A DNA stretch of 64,000 nucleotides from Cyanophora paradoxa CCMP329 (lineage: Eukaryota > Plantae > Glaucophyta), in NCBI GenBank assembly GCA_004431415.1, contig QPMI01000184.1, positions 140,494-204,493 of the forward strand. Direction: 5' to 3'. The position numbers and the translations under genes were made by a program. The notes under the pieces were generated by a model. The model had not been told where the DNA came from. It saw nothing but the letters and a program-made list of their open reading frames with translations, and ran no database searches. Position 1 is the first letter of the stretch. Each line of letters opens with the position of its first letter. This document shows positions 34,449-44,039 of this stretch, piece by piece.

Positions 34449-36005
34449 TTACATGCCGCCTGCGGCGATGGCCGGCAGGGGCGGGGTGCGGCGGCCGTGC
34501 GAGGCTTGCGCCGGGTACATGCGCTCGTCCAGCCAGCCTGCGGGGGCGTGGGTACAGGCGCTCGTCCGGGGAGGGAGGGGCGGGGCGGGGCGCACGGGAG
34601 CGGACGACGGACTCGTAGAGCCAGGCGCAGGAGACGGTGCGGATGCCCCAGCTCACGGCGTGGCGGAACTTCTCCGTGTCCGTCGACTGCCGGGGGCGAC
34701 GCTCCGCGTCAGGCGACCCGGCACGGGGGCGGGGGCGGGGGCGGGGGCGGGGGGCCCACCGCGGCGATCAGGTGCGTGTTCCCGCGGCGGTGCAGCGCCG
34801 GCGTGAAGCGCGCGCCGTGCTCCGCGGCGAGGCGGCGCATCGTTGCCCGAGCGGCTACGCGGTCAGCGGTCAGCGGTCGCGATCGGCGATCCCGAGCGGG
34901 GCAGCTCACTGTGCGGCAGGCCTGTCACCGAGAAGACAAGGCCAGAGAGCAGCGGGAGACGGTGCGGGGACGTCGGGACCAGCTCGCCGACGGTCAGGCA
35001 GGCGGCAACCCAGGACGCGCGAAGCACCGGGGTGCCCTTCTCGAGGGCGGCCTGCACGAAGCGCGGCGGTTAGAGAGCGAATCAAAGCCTGCGGTGCGCA
35101 ATGCGCGCGCGGCGCATCGGACCTGGCACGCAGGCAGGTCCATAGTGGTCGACACGACGTAGTCGACGTTGACCGGCGAAGTGTAAGCAGCATTGAAGAT
35201 TCCGCCCATTCGCGGGACGAGGCTCGCCGCCGCTTGCATCTGCGATGTGACCGGACGTGCGCGCGGTCAGCGCGCGAGCGCGGCCCCGCGGCAACCCCGC
35301 GAACCTCTTCGAGGGAGGCAGGAGCGGTGGTCGACTCATTGCCAGAGGTGTTTCCGTTGATCTCGGCAGCTGGGGCGCGTTGCGGCGGGAAGCAGAACCG
35401 CATGCCCTTGAAAAGGCCGCGCCGTTTGGCGTAGAACGACCGCTTCGACGCGCCATCAGCCTGGCCAGGCGGCGCCATGCCTGAGCATTATTAACAGTCA
35501 ACAACGCGAAGCATGCACAGTTGCAAAGATGGCGGGCCGATCTTGCAAAGAATCGAATCGGCACGCACCGAAAGTGTTCTTGCAAATGGCATCCCAGAGG
35601 CAGGAAGCAGGAGAGCTGTCAGCCTGATTGCGTATGGAGCGGCAGGTCCCGGACAGGGCGACAAGGGAGTCGCCGTCAAGAGCGGACATGACGGCCACGA
35701 CCAGCTCCGAGGGCAGCCGGAGGAGTTGGCACATCTCCATATCACTGGACGATGGCTGCTTCTTCACCTCCATCAGCAGGGCACGCGCTGGAGTCTCTAG
35801 GACCCGGTCGCTGCAGAAAACGGATCAGTTCACGAGCGCGGCGGGCCTCTAACAGCATTCGGGGGAGCGAAAAGCACCCGATAGAGGCCAGACGCCTTCT
35901 TTTCGACACAGTGGAGCGAGGAGGAGGGTGTGCGTCGCTCTCGTCGTGAGAATCATCGCTGCTGCTTGAATCCGCCACGCTGTAGCACTCCTCCGGGCAC
36001 TCCAT
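34449..36005 (-). CDS. F-box plus tandem BRCT domain protein
   Basis: F-box: LLRLPSELVVAVMSALDGDSLVALSGTCRSIR...LWDAIC. BRCT1: GLFKGMRFCF...LVPRMGG...VDYVV...GTPVLRASWVAAC. BRCT2: LLSGLVFSVTG...LAAEHGARF...THLI...KFRHAVSWGIRTVSCAWLYES. Confidence 0.7.
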
Positions 36006-36357
36006 CGCAACTGCAGGCCTCTTTGCTGGCCTCTTCTGCCTCGCTATCGCGCCGCGGTCGCGACCGTCGCCAAGCTGCGCAAACAGAACAGTCAGCGGTC
36101 CGAGACAGTCAGAACAGGCTGCATTCGACGCGGACAACTGAATTACCGGCGTGGCGGCGCCATCGGGCATGTTGCGCTGCCCAAACGAGCGGCTGTTCTC
36201 GACCCAGTGACTAGCGTACCCCTAGATTCGAGCTTCTACCCCCATTCGCCCCAAGGAATCCAGAATCAATCTGGCCGCGGCCCCAATCCGGCCCCATCGC
36301 CTTCGTTTGAGTTCGCGTCGATTGGGGCGAAGTTGGGGCACGCCGCCGTGACGCCGG

Positions 36358-36532
36358 CCGCATGCGCAGTGCGCACTGCGCACTGCGCTAGCGCTGCTGT
36401 CTGCGCATGCAGTGCGCGCGCACTGCGGCACTGCGCAGTGCGTACTGCGCAGTCGACGTCGCCGGTCGACTCGACGAGTCGACGAGTCGACAACGACGAC
36501 GACGCGCGCAGCGCTATAGCGCTAGCGCTATC
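36358..36532. repeat. Palindrome-rich low-complexity intergenic tract
   Basis: Run of overlapping TGCGCA/CAGTGCGCACTG, GTCGAC and AGCGCT/GCTAGC palindromes. Confidence 0.7.
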
Positions 36533-36799
36533 GCTTGCAATTGATGAGGTCGAGCCTTCGATCTTGAATTTTGCCATTGACATGATCGCAATCGAACTTG
36601 CGAAGCTTAAGACTGCTCAAGCGAAGCACGAATTCGACGCATGGGCCCACTCAGTGACTGCAGCTGCGCGCGCGGAGGCATAAAACTCAAAATTAATGTT
36701 CATGTACATGTACATGTGCCAGCATAGAACGGCAGGCTGCAGCCTGCAGGGGCGACCGCGAGCGAGCCGCTGAGCACGGGGTCGGGAGTTCGCGATCGC

Positions 36800-39700
36800 T
36801 CAGAAGGGGGCGGGGAGGACGGAGTCGAGGGCGAGGGCGTCGCCCTGGAAGAGGGAGAGGGCGACGGTGAGCGCCGAGAGCCCCGCGCTCAGCAGCGACC
36901 GCAGCAGCGCCTCGTCCATCCGCATCCCCTACGTGCCCCCACGAAAACGCCGGGAACCGGGCTTCAGGGAAGCGCGCGGGGAGGGGGCCGGGGCGGGGCG
37001 GGGCGGGCACGCGCACGAGGAGGGCGACGGGGCGGAGGCGGTCCTCGAGCTCGAGGGCGCCCTGGGCGAGCTCGAGCGCGTGCGAGCACGCGCACGCCTG
37101 CGCCCCGCGCCCCGCCCCGCACGCCCCGCACCCCGCCTCCCTCCAGCTCCCCGCCGCGCCCGGAGGCGGGCCCCCCCGCCCCCGCCGCTCCGCCTCGGCG
37201 CCGACGTTGGGCGGGAGGTACAGGTCCACCGGCCCCGCGGGGGCGTCGGCGGGGCCAAGCACGCGCTGCTCGGCCAGCTGGGCCTGCCGCCGACGCCGAC
37301 TCAGGGGGCGGGGAGGAAGACTGGGCGAGGGGCGAGGTGGAGGGGAGGAGGCGGGCCCGGATGGAGTGTAGGAGAAAGGCGTGCTCGACGGCGAGCTCGT
37401 TGGCGCCGGCCCCGAAGTAGACGCACGCCACCAGCGCCGCCCCCACCAGCCCCGTCTGACCCGCCCGCCCTCAGTCATGATCAACACTGATCGTGAACGC
37501 GCTCAGCGGCCAATGCTCAGGCTTCGCTCACGTTGTATGCGATGTAGGCCTGTGGATACGCATCGGATCAGAGGTAGAGAGGGTTGGAGAGGAGGATGTG
37601 TGGGGGGGGGGGTACGCAGCGCACGTAGACGTAGCGGTGGACGTGGGCGGGGGCGAGGGCGAGCCCGAGGCCCACGGCGGAGGCGCCGGCCCCGCTGAAA
37701 AAGGACTGTGCGGTGACGGTACCGGTGACATGGTGAGCCCGGGTTGAGGGGGCGGGGGGCGGGGCTTGGGGCGGGGCCGGGGCGCCTGGAAGAACAAGAA
37801 GGCCATCTGCGCGGCGAGCAGGAGGGCGAAGCAGGAGAGGAAGAACTGGCGGGCCGGGGCGTGAGCGAGGCGGAGGTCTCGCTGGGGGGCGGGGGGTCGC
37901 GTGCGTGACCTGGATGCGGAGGTGGAAGGAGCGGCCGACGTCCCCCGCCCACGCCCGCAGCCGCAGCCAGGCCATCGCCGCTGCCGGCCGCCGCAGGTCC
38001 AGTCGCAGCCGCCCCGGGCCCCGCCCCGCCCCAGCCCCGCCCTCCAGCTGCGCGTCGCCGTGCTCAGGGCAGGCTTCCACGCGCGAGCCCGAGGAAGCAC
38101 GCGCACCGTATGCGGGGCGGGGCGGCCCTGCGCAGCGCTAGCCGGCCCACCCGAGGAGCTGGCCATGGAGGCGGCGGCGGGGGTACCGGGCGGCGGGGAC
38201 AGCGTGGCGCGGCCGGCGATGAGGAGCCGCCCCGCCGCGCGCACCCAGGTGTACCTGCGCATGCGCCGCGCCTCAGCGATCGCTCTGTAGCCACTCGCCG
38301 GCTCGCGATCGCGGGCTGACCGCCGATGGTAGTCGACGCAGGCGGAGACGAAGAAGGCCGTCACGAAGAAGTACATCGACCTGCGCCCCCGCGCCCCGCC
38401 ACCTCGCTGCCGCGCCCCCAGCTCGGGGGGCGGGCGGGGCGGGCGGGCGGACAGGAAGCCGTTGGTGAGCATCGCGCAGGAGAGGGCGAGCAGCACGGGC
38501 CGCGACGCCGAGACGGCCCGCTGCGGCCGCCGTTCGAGCTCAGGGCGTGGAGGGTCCCGAAGCGGGCAGGGCGTGGGGGGCCCCGAGCCGGGCGCGCGCA
38601 CGATCTCGGAGAAGAGGTAGGGGATGGCGCAGTGGGCGAGCGTCAGCACCAGCTGCGCGCCCCGCCTCAGACGGAGCCGATGCGAGGGGGAGCGCCAGTT
38701 GCAGATCGGAGCGGGCCTTGGGCAGCTCGAGATAGGCGAGGCGCGTGCGGCGGGCCCCCGCCGCGGCCCCGCGCTCGTCGATGCCGCCCGCCGCGCCCTT
38801 CGATATCGATCCGCTTTGCCGTCTTGGGACGTGCGACGGGCTCGCCTCCAGCACCTGCGTGCACGTACACATGCATCTGAGGGCGGCCGACATCGACGGG
38901 ATTAATATATACGAGTGCGGGCCTGGGGGGGCACCTGCTGGAGGACCCACAGGCGCGCGGGGGCGGCCGTGCCCCCGCCGGGGAGGGCCCGCACCCTCGC
39001 CGCGTCCTCCGGGCGCGCCTGCAGATTCAAACCGCACATCAAGTCGAAGGGGCGAGATTGGGTGCCCGGGGGACTGGAGGGCGCACGAGGGCGGCGAGCT
39101 CGAGGGCGGCGAGGACCTCGGCGGGGGTGTTCGCGAAGGGGACGGGGAAGGCGGGGTCGAAGCCCGCGCGGATGCACGCCAGGTCCACCTGCCCGCCCCC
39201 AGCCTCGCCATCGGCGTGGCCCGGCGCGGGACGGGGGCAGCGCGCCTCGCACCTCCCGGAGGGCCGTTAGGAACCGGAGGGGGAGCCAACTGCGAGCCGC
39301 GCTCGTCGGCCCTCCACCATTACCTCTTAAACCACCCCCCCCTCCCCCCCCCCGCCCCCGCCGCCGCCGCCGCCACCACCCTTAGCCGGGCGCACCCGAA
39401 GATGGCCTCCTCAGAGCGGGCCTCGAGGGTGGAGAGGCCGCGCGAGGCGGCCTTCCGCGCCAGGTCCGGCGCCCGGTCTGCAGGGAGCCAGGGTCAGGGA
39501 TGCAGGGGGCTGGAAGGGGGGGCGGGGCGCACAGCCGTACTTGACGGCGACCATGAGGGGCCGCACGGTGGAGACTGCGAAGAAGGCGAGGTACTCCGTC
39601 GACTGCCGCCCCGGGCCCCGCACGGGTGAAGCCAAGCCGGGAGGGAGGGGAGGGGGGCAGGGGGGGGGGGAAGAGGGGGTATACGTAGAGAGGAAGCACC

Positions 39701-40785
39701 TTGAGGCTGCGCTCCTCGGGGGTCAGGAGGAAGAGGAAGGAGACCGTCGAGAACCACCACGACAGCTGCGCGGGCCGGGGGGTTGCAGTCGGCCTTCGTA
39801 CTACGGTAGGGGCAGCCGGAGCGGGCAGCGGCACCCCGAAGAAGATGTTGATGACGGTGATCACAGCGTTCTCGGGCCCCCAGTACGCGTGGCTCCGCAT
39901 GCCCCTCGTCCCCTGCTGCAGAAAGAGGTACGGCAGGGCTGCGCACAATCGATGTCATGCGCGCGCGCGCGCCAACGCCCCCGGAGGCCCCCATCGGACG
40001 CTAAGCGCTAGCGCGCGCTAAGCGCTAGCGCGCGCTAAGCGCTAGCGCCACACGCCGGGGGAGAAGGCCGAGGGGTTCGAGCGGCGAGCTGGCGAACTCG
40101 GGGATTCGAACGTACTGAACGGAAAGCAGACGTGGCTGCGGGCGCCGGCCGCGGCCGGAGCGTCAAGTTGGCGTCCAACCGTAATGTGTGCGACGTGCAA
40201 GGTCAACGCGAGTAACGCACACGAACAGCTCGTTGAAGAAGGCGCGCCAGTCGAGCGGGAGGCGCTGCAGCAGGTTGTGGTCCGCGTCCTGCGCGCCGGA
40301 CGCCGCGACCGCGCGGCCGCGGCCACGCGGAGGTTCATGATCAAACGCTAAAGCGAATGCTTAACGCGCGCGCAAAGGCAATGTTCCGCAAAGGCAATGG
40401 GAAGCCTTCATCCTATGTTTGCGCGGCGTCGACGTCCGACGCGGCAGGCCTAGGGGCAGCGCCCTTATCCGGATCCTGGACCCTTAAGCTTATCTGGCAT
40501 CGCCCTCGCGATCGATGGCTCCCGATGGCCCCGCGGCTCACCTCGCCCTGGAACAGCTCTCGCTCGAGCCACACCGCATCGGCGAGAGCCGTGGCGCTGC
40601 TGTCTCCCGCGGCCGCGGCCGCGACCGTTGGGCCATGTACATATCGAGACGTGATCGGCGCTGCTGCCTGCGCTGCGAATCGGCCGGACGACGTGGAAGA
40701 AGTCGACGCCGACGCTGAAAGTGGGCCCCGTCTGAGCCGCTCCTGCAGCTGCTCCATCCGGCTGGATCAAATGTACCGTACCCAT
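36800..40785 (-). CDS. Multi-pass membrane protein, possibly PHTF-family-like
   Basis: Many hydrophobic exons (LSWWFSTVSFLFLL, RPLMVAVKYG, SMYFFVTAFFVSACVDYHRR, FFLSCFALLLAAQMAFLFF). LDLRRPAAAMAWLRLRAW and the terminal LELEDRLRPVALL|GMRMDEALLRSLLSAGLSAL recall PHTF C-terminal motifs. The 5' end is uncertain. Confidence 0.45.
40000..40048. repeat. 17-bp tandem repeat, about 2.9 copies, built from palindromic words
   Basis: GCTAAGCGCTAGCGCGC units start at 40000, 40017 and 40034. Confidence 0.9.
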
Positions 40786-40806
40786 AGGATTCAGGCAACT
40801 TGGGCA

Positions 40807-40951
40807 TGTTGCCACTCCACTACGTACCCTTTTGCACCACGTAGCAGAATCGAGTTGGACGGGCCTATTACATGATTGCCGGGGCCCCGTGCCCAAATCC
40901 GCTTTGGGCACGTCGGGGCTAGGGCGCGTCGTGCCCAAAGGCCTGGGCACG
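40807..40951 (+). repeat. Left terminal inverted repeat (145 bp)
   Basis: TGTTGCCACTCCACTACGTACCC...CGTGCCCAAAGGCCTGGGCACG is the reverse complement of 47629-47773 with one mismatch (40943). Confidence 0.95.
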
Positions 40952-40989
40952 GCGGGTAGAGCAGCGTCGTGCCCAAGTCGTGCCCCGCG

Positions 40990-43419
40990 ATGGCGGGAGA
41001 GCAGCCTGGCAGCGCGGCAGGCGGGGGCGTGCAGGCTCCAACTATGTGGTCGTTCTGTGTGTACTTGCATAGCGAAGTTGGCAATCCAGCGGAGTGCTTG
41101 CCGACGATGGGCAACATGGTCCCAGCACCGCTCATACCGTCGGCGGAGCCCATATTCAGGAAGCTGGTAGACAGGAAGCTTCTTCGTCCGGAGATACAGC
41201 AGATAGATCAGCTGCGCTTCTGGCAGTGCTGGCGGGGAGCTACTGTGCGACTCTATCATGACGTGCGAGTCGTACTGCCGCGTGCAAGCAACGCCGATCG
41301 ACTGATCTGGACTCGGGCATGCGCAGGAGTTCGCCGTGGTGGTCGAGGGAGGGCCCGTTACCCTCATCGTCGCGCCGGCCAAAGTAGTGCAGCCCGACCT
41401 GGCGCACTACGGCCTGGTGCGCTAGCTAACGTGAACGATATCCCGCGCCTGATGTCTCCTGCAGGGCCTCCCACCGGCCGGCCCTGCAGCTCCCGCAGCG
41501 CTAGCAGCGGTAGCGCCTCGCGCCCCCACGGCCGCATCCAGCGCGGGCAGCGCCGCCGGGAGCGGTGATGAGGATGACGGGCTGGAGCAGTATGAGCGCT
41601 TCCTCAGTCTGGACACGGATGGCATCTTCGGCGGGATCAGCGCTGACCAAGCGAAAGACCAGGTACATGATCCGGGCACGATCCGGGCACGTACGGGGCA
41701 CGTCTGAGCACGGGCCGTGCACGCAGATCTTTGGAAAGGGCGCGCGAGCGAACATCAAGAACCTGAACCGATTCCTTGCCGCCCCGTTTCGTCTGCACTA
41801 CGGGGAAGCTGACGGCCTGAGCAAGGTGAGAGGACAGAACACGCTGGTCATTGCAGACATGGAAGACGCGTGAGTGGCTGCGTTCTTTTGGAAGCAGCAC
41901 AAGAGCAGCGCAAACCTTGCCTCGCAGGTTGGCCGTCCTCCTGGACAGGACGGTGGAGACCTCAAGCATCCCAGCGAAGATCAAAGAGAAGTGCACGGAA
42001 CGGATGAAACAGCGGCTCCAGACCCTCAACCCGTACGAGAAGACCCGAGCACTGCTGGAGGTCAACAGGATCTACAGGACATGGACGATGATCATGTCAG
42101 TCGACAACATCCCGTTCCTTCCGAAGTGCGCCCTTGCCGCTCTCTTTCTCTTTCTCTTTCTCCCTCTTTCTCCCGCCATGGACGCTAAGCCTCGCCGCAG
42201 GCCTGACGTGGAGCCGCCATGGGAAACGAACCTGGCGACAGTGAAGGAGAAGGCGGCCAGGTCGGGCATAACACACCAGAGCCGGGTTCACGCTGCGAAG
42301 CGAAGAGACGACGAGAACTCCGATGGAGGAGGCGGCGCTGCAACCGAGCATCCGAAGAAGGCGACCAAGAAGGCGCCAGCGGAGAAGAAGGCCGCTACGG
42401 AGAAGACGAACCGGGCGCGGAAGCACGAGGAGGCGGAGGACGAGAACGCGGCGGAGGCCGCCGTGACCGGAGCACGTTTGGGCACGGCGCGGGCACATTT
42501 GGGCACGACGCGGGCACGTCCACAGTCGTCGGGCACGGCTGGGGCACGTAATGGGGCACCACGTGCTGAGAAATCGGTGAGCTTTCATGAGGACGTGCTC
42601 GAGACGCCCCACGCCCGCTGTCACATTCCAGACACTCATGCAAACCCGGCGCAGGCTACGGGTGGGCAGAACGCAGAGGACTCAGTGAAGAAGAAGAAGA
42701 AGAAGAAGAGGACGCCGGCGCCGAAGGACACTGAGGAAGAGCTGGAGACAGAGATTGAACCGCAACTGTCGAAGAAGCCCAGGGCAGCGAGCGTGAAGGA
42801 GCACACGTCGGCGTCGTCGTCGTCGAAGGTGGCTGCCCGCGCCGTCCAACGTGTGCATCTCTCCCCACCTGACGTTCACTGAAGGCAGCATCTGGCCCGG
42901 AGAAGAAGGCGGCGAAGGGAAAGGACCCGGAGCACTCAGGCAAGGCTCAGGAGCAATCTTCGCACAGGGGGCCCAAGCATGCGCCCTCGCGCGACGACGA
43001 AGCCAGCACTCAGGCTCCCCCGTGCGTTCCCGTGCTTGGGCACGGTCTGGGTACTATTTCGGCATGTCGCGTCCTTGGTCGTGCTGCACTCTCGTGCCCA
43101 AACGTGCCCCAATCGTGCCCCAACGTGCCCCATGGTTCTCCCGACGAAATCTGATTCCGGAGCGTCGCTGTTGCAGGCGAGAGAAGGGGAGGCACTACGA
43201 CTTTTCTTATTTCTTAGCGAATCCCAGTTCAAGTACTTCCTGTGCATACGGGAGACGGTCAAGTCCAAGAGCACATACAAGCAGGGCCACATCTTCCCCA
43301 AGTGCAACAAGCACGGCGATCCGCCGTCGGGCTGCCTAGGGGTGTACGGGATCAAGCAGCTCATTCAGGACACCGCAAAGCTAGCTGCGGCCCAAAAAAA
43401 GGCGGCGGCGGCAAAGTAG
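40990..43419 (+). CDS. Transposon-borne accessory gene of unknown function (multi-exon, Lys-rich, Cys/His C-terminal cluster)
   Basis: The ATG is 39 bp inside the left TIR. In-frame exons with GT-AG introns: ...PIFRKLVDRKLLRPEIQQIDQLRFWQCWRG..., EFAVVVEGGPVTLIVAPAK, DEDDGLEQYERFLSLDTDGIFGGISADQAKDQ|IFGKGARANIKNLNRFLAAPFRLHYG, KIKEKCTERMKQRLQTLNPYEKTRALLEVNRIYRTW, VKKKKKKKR, and KYFLCIRE...GHIFPKCNKHGDPPSGCLG...AAAAK*. Confidence 0.65.
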
Positions 43420-44039
43420 ATCCAGTGTCTATCTCCTAGTAGCAGTCCTAGTAGCTCTACTAGCATTGATAGTGTTGCTCTATTAGGGTTTTTGCAGCGT
43501 ATCTTCCTTAGAATTGGGTCGTGCACTGGTCGTGCCCGGCTCGTGCCCAAACATGCCCAAATGTGCCCCGTCATGCCCAAACCGACTTGATCCTGAATTT
43601 AGCAGTGATTGACGTCGCGGAGCACGATTGCGCATTGAACTGCACATTTGCCATGTGAACTTAACAGTATTGATATTTTACAACGTTTTGATGAAGAAAG
43701 GCGATGCGAAGAACTTCAGCATGACATGTTCCGCGTCGCTCAGAAGTCTGACCATCGGACTCGCATCATGATGTGAAGCCAAGGGTCATGAACTCATGAT
43801 GAGGCCTCGAAGACCTGAAGCAGTTCCGACCCGTCCGAGAGGCCGCACAAGTTGAATTTGAGAATGCTGAAGCCTTGTTTAACTCGTATTCATGAAGCTT
43901 CATGGTTCGCTCCCTCTTTACCGGTTTCTGCTACTTGCTCGTGCCCACGTCATGCCCAATCGTGCCCAAGTACGTGCCCAGACGAAGTTCGGACATGCTC
44001 AAGGAGGGCACGACTCGGAAACTCTTTCACAACGAAAGG

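Noticed and set aside
40990-43419. Accessory gene as a Fanzor/TnpB RNA-guided nuclease
   Set aside because: No RuvC-I (D-x-G in a beta-strand context), paired CxxC zinc ribbon or RD-x-N RuvC-III motif was seen in the predicted exons. A profile search would be needed to exclude it fully.
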